From IMG/VR virus record IMGVR_UViG_3300037424_000686, positions 1-44,698 of that record: 44,698 nucleotides of DNA; one strand, written 5' to 3'. Positions within the stretch are counted from its first letter, which is position 1; each line of letters begins with the position of its first letter. Both the position numbers and the translations under genes were made by a program. Source of the DNA: a virus. The notes under the pieces are model-generated. The model saw only the letters and a list, made by a program, of their open reading frames with translations, did not search any database and was not told the origin of the DNA. Shown here one piece after another: positions 15,341 to 24,012 of this stretch.

Positions 15341-18300
15341 AGAGCTGCTGGCGTTGCTGCTCGCGCGCCATCTGCCGCGCGAGGAGCCCACCGCCCGCGC
15401 CGGCCGCGAGCGGCGCGATCCCGAACGCGTACCGACCGAGCCGTGACCGTTCCACATTCCGCGCGATCTGCTGGAGCGCATCTGGATCGATGAGTGACGT
15501 CCACGCGGCCGGCGGTGCAGTGTACGGCGCGGGCGTCGGCGTGGGCAGGTCCATGCGCCCCACGAGATCGGCGAACCGGCCCCGGTTCAGTAGTGACGAG
15601 AAATCGGGTACCTGACGGATCACGTCTGGCGGCACGTCGAGCGCGGTCCACTGCATCCCGGCGCCGGGCAGCGTCAGCTGCGACGGGTGCGCGCCCGCGC
15701 TCGCGGGGTCGTGGAGCTCGGACATCGCTTTCGTCCAGCTCCACGCCGTCTCCTGCACCTCGTCCGGGGTCCAGGTGCGACCGGTCCGTTTCGTGAGGTA
15801 GTCCGCGGCCTCGCGCGCCCGGGCCGAGTATGCGACGTACGCACCTGGGGCTTCCCGCACCCCACGTGACACGGTTTCAATCCCCGCCAAGCGTGTCGGA
15901 TCGATGTTCGCAAGCTGCGCCATCCAGGTGTCGAGTGTGACGCGCTCCGTGTCGCCGATCAGGTTCCGGTAGAAGCTCTGCACCTTCGGACCGGACAATA
16001 CGAGCTCGGTCGGGTCGTCCGCGGACAAGGCGCGGAATGCGTTCTGCGCGCGCGATTGCGTCCGGGCGTCCGGTATCGCATGGATGACCCGTCGTAGCGC
16101 CAGGGCGTCCGCGGGGCGCCCCGCGCGTTGCCACGCGTCCCACACCTCAAGCGCTGTTTCGAGGTTGCGTTCGACCGGAATCTGCGGACTGAGCGACGCG
16201 AGCAGCGCCGCGAACCGGGGCGCGTCCGGGCCGAACGTCTCGACCAGCGCGCGCGCCGAGTTCGCGTACCACCCGAGCTTCGGGGCGCCCGCGAGCGACG
16301 CGGACGCGAGCGTTTCGGCGGGGGGCAGCTTCTTCGCGGCCGTGCCGAAGATGTCGCGCGACGCGCGCGACGCGAGGCGCGCGACCTCGTCGCCGCGCAG
16401 GAAGCCCGCGAGCCGCTTCGCGACCGGGTTCCGGAACGCGGGCACGCCCGTCAGCACGGTCGCCGCGGACAGCATCCCGCTCCCCTCCGGATCGCGCTCC
16501 GCGGCCGCGGCCGCGCTGCCACCGACCGCGATCCCGATCCCGTACCGGAACCGGGGATCATCGAGCTTGAAGCCGCCGACGTTCCGCGTGCTCTTGATTT
16601 GGGTCGGATCGAGCACGATGTACGAGTCGGCAAACTCTCCGTGTACCCCCGTCGGTTCTCCGGTATTGTGGTACACGATCGAGTCGTAGCCCGCGTCCTT
16701 CAGCACCTGCCGGAGCGCGTCCCAGCGCATCGCCTGGCGGCGCTTGATCCAATCCATCGTTGCCTTCGAGGATGCTTCGGTGTACGCGGATTGACCCATC
16801 ACGGACGTGTACCCGCCCGGCATCCCCTCGCGCCACGATACTAGCTCCGGCATCGGCCCGATCTTTGCGTCGATCTCGTCGTTCAGCGCGCGCTGCAGCT
16901 CAGTATAGTGCCCTGCGAGTGGTGGACCCGAGGGCTGCTCCCCGGGACGCAGGCGCGCGCGCAGCCGCTTGTCGAGGACCTCGCCGATCTTCGGGTCGTC
17001 GACGATCGCGCCCGCAAACACGTCCTGACCCCAGGCTCCGAGGTCCTCGAGCCGGAGCGGGTTCTCGGCGCGGATCATGTACTCGCCGATATGCTTTCCA
17101 CGTGCGACGGGTGACGCCATTGTTCGTCGTAGCCGCGACGCGGCCTGCCCTTGGGTCCCGAAGTGGAATCCGATGTCACCCGTCTTGCCGAACTGCTGGA
17201 ATTTCGCGGTCGTGCCGTGGTACACGGGCTCCGTGACCTGCGATTTCCCGAGCCAGCGGTTGTACCGTTCGTACGCCTTGTCGAGATACTCGGGAGACTT
17301 CTCCGCGCGGCGCGCGACAGTCGGGAACCGCTCCGCGAACGCGGACATCTCTTCGGCGCCTGGGACCTTGACTTCCTCGAACGTTCCGAGGTCGAAGATC
17401 GCGTCCTGTTTCCCCTCGCGCCCGATCCGAAGCGCCCGGTACCGGTTCTTCTCGGTGATGACGACGTCGAGCACGTGCCGGTTGTTCGCCTCATCGAACC
17501 AGGTCCCGATCGTGTGCCCGGGCTTGTCGAGCAGGTCCCGGTTCCGGTCCGCGAACACGCGCAGATCGTTCATCGTCGGGGGCGCGAGCGAGAGGAACTC
17601 TCGATCCTTGTACGGCGAGACCGCGTATCCCTTCGTGATCGGCTTCCCGGTCTTGAGGTCCACGGTCGAGCCGCCGCTCTTGTGCCGCTCCAGGATTTCC
17701 GCGAAGGCCTTTCGGCGCTCGGGCGTGAAGCGGCGCTCGTACGTCGGCGCCTCGTACGGCGTAGTTCCGGTGCGCGCGATCGGTTGCCCGACCGCGCTCG
17801 GCGTGACCGGGTAAAAGGAACTCACGACGCCGCGGCTCGGGGACTCGAGCCCCGTGTAGCCCGCGGCTTTCGCGGCGCGCTCGAGCTCGCTCCCCTTGAG
17901 GTCCGCGAACTCGGGCGGCAGCTCGTCCGCGTTCAGCCACGCGCCCGTCACGTCCGCGCGGTGCAGGACCTGCCCGACCCCGAGCTCGGGCGGCTTCGAG
18001 ATGTCGGTGTAGAAGAACGCGGACGGCACCCGATCGGCGCGCGCGCGCTCCGCGCCCTTCATCAGCACGTTCGTGCCGGTCTTGGAGGGGTCGATCACGT
18101 CCCGCGCGGCCTGGCTGTAGTGGTAGACGGTGCGCGTGCTTGTGGGGAGGTTTGCGGCGCGGGCCGCGGCGCCCGGATCAACGGGCTCCGCGGGTAGCTG
18201 CAGCGCCGCGGCCTCGAGCGGGCCCTCGCCCGCTCTGATCGCGCGCGACGCGGCCTCGCGGTCGAGGAACGCGCCGCCCGGGGTCACGAACCCGTCCTCG

Positions 18301-18971
18301 GACTGTTCGATCAGTTCTTTCGCGACGCCCGCGTCCTTCGCCGCGTCACGTGCGTCGCTGTGGAGCACACCGCGGAAGATGCGGCCATCGTCGAGCCGGA
18401 TCGCGGCCGATTCGAGTGCGCGCGCCGCACGGGCACCCTCACCCGCGGCCTTCACCCCGGAGCGAATCGCGCCGAGCGAGCCGACCCCGAGCGCGGCGAG
18501 CGCGGTCTGCCACGCGGGCACATCCTCCCCCTCCAGTCGGGCCCGGACGTCGCGCGCGACATCTCGGATCGACTGAATACCGCCCGCCATTTTGAAGGGG
18601 GCCGCGAGGAGCTCGATCCCGAGCCCCCCGGCTGCGATTCCCCTCGCGCTCGTCTTGGGGTCCGTGCTCACCGCGCCGCTCGCGATCGCGAGCACGTCCC
18701 CCGCGGAGCGCGGGTACAGGGCGCGGTCGATCGCGCGGAACGTCTCCTCGCGCTTGAGCACCCGGAGCCGCGCGAGCGCGGTGACCTGCTCGTCCGCGGG
18801 CTCTGGGGGCGCGGAGAAGCCCTCCCGCTCGCGGCGCGCGGCGTACCGCTCCCACTCGCGGCGAATCTTCGCGACCTGCCCACGGATCGCGGTCTGGTAC
18901 CGGGCCCGGGAACGGGAGCGGGACAGATTCCCGATGGCGTCCCGGATCGTGGGATCGAGGGGCGCGGTCAT
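15339..18971 (-). CDS. large multidomain virion (internal/ejected) protein, polyvalent-protein-like
   Basis: A 1210-aa ORF, the last gene of the late operon after three Gly-rich internal proteins. It contains two related modules: VYHYSQ...AAGYTGLESPSRGVVSSFYPV (aa 280-392) and VYHGTTAKFQQFGKTGDIGFHFGT...DAGYDSIVYHNTGE...SYIVLDP (aa 581-795). Confidence 0.8.
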   Translation of the reverse strand: MTAPLDPTIRDAIGNLSRSRSRARYQTAIRGQVAKIRREWERYAARREREGFSAPPEPADEQVTALARLRVLKREETFRAIDRALYPRSAGDVLAIASGAVSTDPKTSARGIAAGGLGIELLAAPFKMAGGIQSIRDVARDVRARLEGEDVPAWQTALAALGVGSLGAIRSGVKAAGEGARAARALESAAIRLDDGRIFRGVLHSDARDAAKDAGVAKELIEQSEDGFVTPGGAFLDREAASRAIRAGEGPLEAAALQLPAEPVDPGAAARAANLPTSTRTVYHYSQAARDVIDPSKTGTNVLMKGAERARADRVPSAFFYTDISKPPELGVGQVLHRADVTGAWLNADELPPEFADLKGSELERAAKAAGYTGLESPSRGVVSSFYPVTPSAVGQPIARTGTTPYEAPTYERRFTPERRKAFAEILERHKSGGSTVDLKTGKPITKGYAVSPYKDREFLSLAPPTMNDLRVFADRNRDLLDKPGHTIGTWFDEANNRHVLDVVITEKNRYRALRIGREGKQDAIFDLGTFEEVKVPGAEEMSAFAERFPTVARRAEKSPEYLDKAYERYNRWLGKSQVTEPVYHGTTAKFQQFGKTGDIGFHFGTQGQAASRLRRTMASPVARGKHIGEYMIRAENPLRLEDLGAWGQDVFAGAIVDDPKIGEVLDKRLRARLRPGEQPSGPPLAGHYTELQRALNDEIDAKIGPMPELVSWREGMPGGYTSVMGQSAYTEASSKATMDWIKRRQAMRWDALRQVLKDAGYDSIVYHNTGEPTGVHGEFADSYIVLDPTQIKSTRNVGGFKLDDPRFRYGIGIAVGGSAAAAAERDPEGSGMLSAATVLTGVPAFRNPVAKRLAGFLRGDEVARLASRASRDIFGTAAKKLPPAETLASASLAGAPKLGWYANSARALVETFGPDAPRFAALLASLSPQIPVERNLETALEVWDAWQRAGRPADALALRRVIHAIPDARTQSRAQNAFRALSADDPTELVLSGPKVQSFYRNLIGDTERVTLDTWMAQLANIDPTRLAGIETVSRGVREAPGAYVAYSARAREAADYLTKRTGRTWTPDEVQETAWSWTKAMSELHDPASAGAHPSQLTLPGAGMQWTALDVPPDVIRQVPDFSSLLNRGRFADLVGRMDLPTPTPAPYTAPPAAWTSLIDPDALQQIARNVERSRLGRYAFGIAPLAAGAGGGLLARQMAREQQRQQL

Positions 18972-19035
18972 GGGTCGCGGTCCACGCCATTCGGATTGTA
19001 TGGGCCTTTGGGCGCTCGCCGTACGTATTTGACGC

Positions 19036-20979
19036 TCATGGGTTCAAGTACGGTGCGAGCAGTCCCTGGAGCCGCGGCGCCTGCTGCGCCGCGCCGGTCT
19101 CCGCACCACCCACCGCGCCGCGCACGACCGCGTCCCAGATCGAGGGCTGTGCGAGTCCAGCGACCTCGCCCGCGGTCTCGGCGGCGGGGGTGAGTGTGAG
19201 CCGGAGGATTTCGTTCGCCCGGGCGCGCGCGAGCGCGCTGTTCGGGTTCGCAAGCAAGTTGAGGAGCGCGGCCTTCGGGCCCCAGAAGCCGCTCGTGCGC
19301 GCGGAGCGAAGCAGGTCCACCCCTTTCTCCGCGGTCTGAGATTGCTGCAGCATCAGGTTCTTGAGCGCGCTGAACTTTCCTTCCACGGCCGCGCGCTCCA
19401 TGAATTGCTCGAACGCGTCCGGGGTCCCGAACGCGGCACGGAGCGCGGTCCGCTGCGAGGGGCCGAGTGAGAGCATCTGCCCACCGACGTCCCGTCCACG
19501 GGGCGCCTTGAGGAGCCGGTTCACCAGCTCGTCCACCATCCCGTGCCGGTACGCTTCGAGCGCACGTGGCGATTCCTCGGCGGCGTCCTTCGCAAGTTGT
19601 GTCAGCTCGCGCTCGACCGCGTCCCCGGGCAGCGAGCGCGTGAAGGCCTTCGCGCCCATCCCGAACGCTTTGACGGTCGTCGCAGTTCGCGCGTAGCCCT
19701 GATTGGCGGCCCGGAACTCGGGGATGATCTCGTCGAGCACGTCGTCCAGGTACCGGCGACTGTCCTTGTACAGCTGCGCGAGCGCTGGGTCCCCGGACTT
19801 TAGCGCGGCCCCACGGGCCCCCACGAGCCGCTGCCGCAGCGCCTGCACGTGCGCGAACGAGATCGGCAGGTCCTTCTTCGTGCGCGGTCGGACCCGGCCC
19901 CAGATCGCGGCGACGTCCGGGTTCTTCAGGAAGTCCGCGATCCGTGGATCGTCCGGGAGTCGCGGGTACGCCTCCTCGATCGGACGGAACAGCTCCCGCC
20001 CGCGGGACGCGAGCCGCGCCTCCGCGGTCTCCCGAGCCACGGGCGCTGGCGCCCGGAATCCGGTCAGCTGCCGCACGTCCTCCGCGAGCCGCTCGCCGGC
20101 GCCCATCACGCGCCCACGCACCTGCTGGACCGCGCCCTCGATCGGTCCCGAGGCCTCGGTCACCGCGGAGCGGGTGAGCCGCCGCATCGTCTCGTCGAGG
20201 TCCGCGATGGTCCCCATCCCGGGCCGCACACTCTCGAGCTGCCGCACCCCACTCGTGATATCCTCGGGGCGCATTCCGGCCCGCTCCAGCGCCTCACTGA
20301 CCGCGGCGCGGCCCGCGACCGTCCCGGCGACCTTCGGCGCAACACGGCCCCAGATCGCGCGCGTGAACGCGGGGATCAGCTCGGTGAGGCCCGCGGCGAC
20401 GGTCCCGATCGTGCCGCCGGCCGCGGCCCCCACGCCCGCGCCCGCGAACATGCGCTCCGGGACCTCGGCGAGGCCCCGGGCCTCGCCGGCGCCCGCCAGG
20501 GCACCGTACGCGGCGCCCGTTGTGATCCCGCTCCCGATCTTCGGGAGTATCCCGCGACCGGCTGCCACCGGGCCGGCCATCGCGCCCGGTAGCGAGGCCC
20601 CCGTGATCTCGGAGGCCATCGCGGCGGCGGGGTGCGCGCTCCGGAACTCCTGCACCCGCTCGAGCATCGGCCCGCGTGCCCCGGGAGCGCCCGGGACGTT
20701 GACGGGTCCGCTGATGCCACTCTCGGCGAGCCAGGAGGCGAGCCCCGCGGTCGCGCCCATCGCGCCACCGCGGAGGAGGTCCGTGGTGGTCACGGGCGTG
20801 GTGGGCGGCTCGTTGAGGGCGCCCGAGCGGGCGAGCTGGAACAGCTGGTCCCAGCCGAGCTCCTGCCCACGGGCGCGCGTGACCTCGCGCACCCACTGAT
20901 CGAGTTTCGCGAGCGAGACGCCCTTGCGACGTTGCGCGTTCACGGCGCGCATCAGGTCCTGCAGGTACTTGGGGTCCAT
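19036..20979 (-). CDS. internal virion/ejection protein (Gly/Ala-rich membrane-like segments)
   Basis: 647 aa with long G/A-rich hydrophobic stretches (GAMGATAGLASWL, GSGITTGAAYGALAGAG, GAGVGAAAGGTIGTVAAGL). The start follows the upstream stop after 1 nt. Confidence 0.65.
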   Translation of the reverse strand: MDPKYLQDLMRAVNAQRRKGVSLAKLDQWVREVTRARGQELGWDQLFQLARSGALNEPPTTPVTTTDLLRGGAMGATAGLASWLAESGISGPVNVPGAPGARGPMLERVQEFRSAHPAAAMASEITGASLPGAMAGPVAAGRGILPKIGSGITTGAAYGALAGAGEARGLAEVPERMFAGAGVGAAAGGTIGTVAAGLTELIPAFTRAIWGRVAPKVAGTVAGRAAVSEALERAGMRPEDITSGVRQLESVRPGMGTIADLDETMRRLTRSAVTEASGPIEGAVQQVRGRVMGAGERLAEDVRQLTGFRAPAPVARETAEARLASRGRELFRPIEEAYPRLPDDPRIADFLKNPDVAAIWGRVRPRTKKDLPISFAHVQALRQRLVGARGAALKSGDPALAQLYKDSRRYLDDVLDEIIPEFRAANQGYARTATTVKAFGMGAKAFTRSLPGDAVERELTQLAKDAAEESPRALEAYRHGMVDELVNRLLKAPRGRDVGGQMLSLGPSQRTALRAAFGTPDAFEQFMERAAVEGKFSALKNLMLQQSQTAEKGVDLLRSARTSGFWGPKAALLNLLANPNSALARARANEILRLTLTPAAETAGEVAGLAQPSIWDAVVRGAVGGAETGAAQQAPRLQGLLAPYLNP

Positions 20980-20980
20980 G

Positions 20981-22051
20981 TTACCTCGGGAGCGGGTTCT
21001 CTTTCGAGACCGCTCCAGGTCGTCCAGGAATCACCATCCCCGAGAAGAAGTCGTAGCTCACGTCGTCCGGGTTTAGGCCCCACCTGGACGCGCGCTTCCC
21101 GTAGTCGTCGCGAACCCGATCGAGCTCGGCCTTCGAGCTGCGCGCGCGCGCGTGCGCCTGGTTCAGGAAGTCCTGCCGTTGCCCGGGCGTTAGCTTCGTG
21201 CCGTCCACGACGTTGTTGTACAGTTGCCGCATCCGGGTCGGCACCGAGCCCGTGTTCTGCGCGGTCGCGTACTCACCCTCGCGCACCGTCGAGCCGGGGT
21301 CGAGGATTTTCATGAAGTTGAAGATCATCGCCATGTCGCCCGCGGGTGAGGGGTCCTCGGCGGCGGACAGCACCCCACGGTACGAGAGCGCGATCTTCGC
21401 GAAGTCGGGCGTCTGCTGCAGGAACTGCCCGTACAGCTGGGTCGCGCGGCCCTCGCTCTGTTGCTGCGCCTGCCCCGGGGGCTGCACCTTCGGCACGCGC
21501 CGCACCGGGAGCCCACTCTGCGGATCGACGAGCTCGATCTCGTTCCCACGGTCGACCTGCATCAGGCGCGAGCCCTCGGCCTGGAGTGCCTTGAGTTGCT
21601 CCCCGATCAGCTTCGCGCCCTCGTAGTCCCCGATCCGGAACAGGTCCCCGTACATCCCGAGCAGCGATGGCAGGTCCATCTTGCCGCCGTACTTCTGCGC
21701 GATCTGCTGCCGCGCCTGCTGCATTTGCATCGCGCGCGACGTTTCGATGGAGCCCATCGCGGCGCCCTGTGCCGCGGGCACCGCGTGCCCGAGCGCCTCG
21801 AGGAGCGGCATTCCGCGCGACGCGAGCAGGCTCGATCCGGCCGCGAGGAGCCCCTGCCGGCGCGCGTACGCGCGCTCCGGGTCACTGAGCGGTAGCTCGC
21901 TCGGGGCCCCGAAGAACCGATCAAGCCCGGTCTCGATCCGGTCCCAGATCGAGCGCGGACCTTGCGGGCGTTGCTCGGGGATCGGACCGAACGGGCGCGG
22001 ACGTACCTGCCCCGGCAAGCCCGGTACCATGAACCCCGCGGGATTGGTCAT
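20981..22051 (-). CDS. internal virion protein, hypothetical
   Basis: 356 aa, tightly packed (stop-N-ATG) between two other internal-protein genes. Confidence 0.6.
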   Translation of the reverse strand: MTNPAGFMVPGLPGQVRPRPFGPIPEQRPQGPRSIWDRIETGLDRFFGAPSELPLSDPERAYARRQGLLAAGSSLLASRGMPLLEALGHAVPAAQGAAMGSIETSRAMQMQQARQQIAQKYGGKMDLPSLLGMYGDLFRIGDYEGAKLIGEQLKALQAEGSRLMQVDRGNEIELVDPQSGLPVRRVPKVQPPGQAQQQSEGRATQLYGQFLQQTPDFAKIALSYRGVLSAAEDPSPAGDMAMIFNFMKILDPGSTVREGEYATAQNTGSVPTRMRQLYNNVVDGTKLTPGQRQDFLNQAHARARSSKAELDRVRDDYGKRASRWGLNPDDVSYDFFSGMVIPGRPGAVSKENPLPR

Positions 22052-22052
22052 A

Positions 22053-22892
22053 TCAGAACCCCCACACGCCGGGCGTCATGTTCTGCATCGGGTTGTTCCA
22101 GAACCCGCCCGGCTCGAAGCCAGGCATGAACGGCGAGCGACCCCCGCCGGCGGACGGGCCCGCGCTGCCCCACGGGTTCGGCATCCCGCTCGGCCCGCCC
22201 ATCATGGCCATCCCGGGCGCGAGCGTCGCGCCCCCGGTGAACGGCGCGGCGGCCAGGAGCCCGACCCCGAGCGCGTCCTTCCAGAAGTTACCGGGCGTTT
22301 TCGTGGTCATCGTGTCCGTGTACCCGCCCTGCCCGAGGCTCTGGAGCCAGGGCTGCATCCGCGCGAGCTGCTCGGCGCTGATCGCCTGCCCAACGCCCGC
22401 CATCCCCCCGAGGCCCGCGAGCCCGGACTGTGTCATCCGCTCCCGCTCGCCCATCAGGCGCCCGGCCGCATTCTCGAAGCCGAGGTTCCGGAAGTTCGCG
22501 AGCGTGATCCCCTCATTCCGGTTCACGTCGCCCATCAGATTCGCGCGCAGCACCGCCTCCCGGGAGCCACCGAAGGCGCCGGCGCGGGTCGCCTGGTCCG
22601 AGGCGCTCATGCCCGCGAGATCGCGCTGTCGGCCGAAGTCCGACTGGATGCCGCCGATGACCGACTGCTCGAACGGGTTGAAGTAGTCCCCGATGTTCCC
22701 GAGCCCGGTCTGCGATCCGAAGCCCAGATTGCCGGCCGCGCCGCGGTAGCCCTCGCCCGCGCCCGTCAGGTACGGCGAGGGACCCCCGCCCGCCACGGTG
22801 CGCGCGCGCGCCCGATACGCGTTCAGGTACGCCTGCGTCGACGGGTCGAGCGTGTGCTGCTGGGTCTGAGTGGTCTCGGAACCTTTGCCCAT
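22053..22892 (-). CDS. Gly-rich internal virion protein, hypothetical
   Basis: 279 aa. AAGGAG upstream of the ATG. Gly/Met/Pro-rich C-terminus (GMAMMGGPSGMPNPWGSAGPSAGGG). Confidence 0.6.
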   Translation of the reverse strand: MGKGSETTQTQQHTLDPSTQAYLNAYRARARTVAGGGPSPYLTGAGEGYRGAAGNLGFGSQTGLGNIGDYFNPFEQSVIGGIQSDFGRQRDLAGMSASDQATRAGAFGGSREAVLRANLMGDVNRNEGITLANFRNLGFENAAGRLMGERERMTQSGLAGLGGMAGVGQAISAEQLARMQPWLQSLGQGGYTDTMTTKTPGNFWKDALGVGLLAAAPFTGGATLAPGMAMMGGPSGMPNPWGSAGPSAGGGRSPFMPGFEPGGFWNNPMQNMTPGVWGF

Positions 22893-22896
22893 GATG

Positions 22897-23259
22897 TTAG
22901 AGCTCCTTCTCGAATAGCGCGAGCTTCGTGTGCCAGCCCTCTTCCTTCGTGAGGAAGCTCCGGGCCCACCCGTACCGGCCGACGAACGAGGCGCGCGTGC
23001 AGCCCCGCGCTTTGCCCCAGGCCAGGATCAGGTGGTACAACCGTTGCACTTCGTCCATCTCGCCCGCGGCGAGGAAGAAATAGAGCACCTTCGCCCTCGG
23101 GCGCTGCAGAATCTCGGTGACGACCGCGGACCGTTCCCCGGGCCAGAGCTGCATCGTGCCTTCAGTGATCTGCTCCGCGATCGCCTCGAGCGTCCACTCT
23201 GGGTCGTACCGGAGCGCACGTTCGATGACGGGCGCGAGCCGATCGAACTCAGTCGGCAT
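22897..23259 (-). CDS. hypothetical virion-module protein
   Basis: 120-aa ORF with GC-rich third positions. No motif recognised. Confidence 0.55.
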   Translation of the reverse strand: MPTEFDRLAPVIERALRYDPEWTLEAIAEQITEGTMQLWPGERSAVVTEILQRPRAKVLYFFLAAGEMDEVQRLYHLILAWGKARGCTRASFVGRYGWARSFLTKEEGWHTKLALFEKEL

Positions 23260-23689
23260 CTTCGGTCACACCGGACGCGGCCTCGGACGACTCAGCGGGG
23301 GGCGTGTACAGCCCGACGATTATCAGCGCCGCGACCTCGGTCGGGGTGTAGTCCTTCGTTTTCGTGAGCAGCTCCTCCCCGAACGGCGTGACCACCACGT
23401 CGGGCGCACCGTCCAGGAGCTGCCGCAGTTCCTCGTTGTAGCCGGCGACGTCGTCGATCAGCAGCGAGCGGTTCCCCTGCTCGTCCTCGGGCCCGTAGAT
23501 CAGCTTCTCGGCGTCGTCGGTGCGCGCGAACCGGCGCGCGAGCGACTGCAGTTCGTCGTTCAGCACGCGGTGCGCGTCGCGCAGCTTCAGCAACCGCTGC
23601 GCGAATTTGACGCGCAGCGTCGCGTCGATCTTCCGCGACGCGAACAGCTCGAGCGCGGGCATCTGCTCTCTGAGGTCTCTACACTTCAT
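23249..23689 (-). CDS. hypothetical protein
   Basis: AGGAGG upstream of ATG 23689. 146 aa. Confidence 0.55.
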   Translation of the reverse strand: MKCRDLREQMPALELFASRKIDATLRVKFAQRLLKLRDAHRVLNDELQSLARRFARTDDAEKLIYGPEDEQGNRSLLIDDVAGYNEELRQLLDGAPDVVVTPFGEELLTKTKDYTPTEVAALIIVGLYTPPAESSEAASGVTEDAD

Positions 23690-23714
23690 GGTGGTCTGGC
23701 CTCCTATGGGTCCG

Positions 23715-23984
23715 TCAGGTTTGTGGCGGGACCATCGTCACCGCCAACGTGCCGTACCGGGTCTTGAGCGCTGCGAGCACGTCGTCGCGCAGCGCGAGAA
23801 TGTCGTTCCGGATCGCGACCGGTAGCTGCGTCCAGGTGTACTCGGGCATATCGGCTGACTGCTGCTTCACGACGTTCCCGTCATCGTCGTACGTCGTGAC
23901 GAGCACGCTCGTGTTGATCCGCACCTCGGCGCCCTGCGCGTCGATGTGGAACTGTCGGATTTCGTACCTCAGCTGTAGTGCCAT
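23715..23984 (-). CDS. hypothetical protein (89 aa)
   Basis: Internal ATG 23984 of ORF 23715..24080 is preceded by AAGGAG. Sequence MALQLRYEIRQFHIDAQGAEVRINTSVLV... Confidence 0.5.
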   Translation of the reverse strand: MALQLRYEIRQFHIDAQGAEVRINTSVLVTTYDDDGNVVKQQSADMPEYTWTQLPVAIRNDILALRDDVLAALKTRYGTLAVTMVPPQT

Positions 23985-24012
23985 GGCTGCACGTCTCCTT
24001 TCGGTTCCATTT

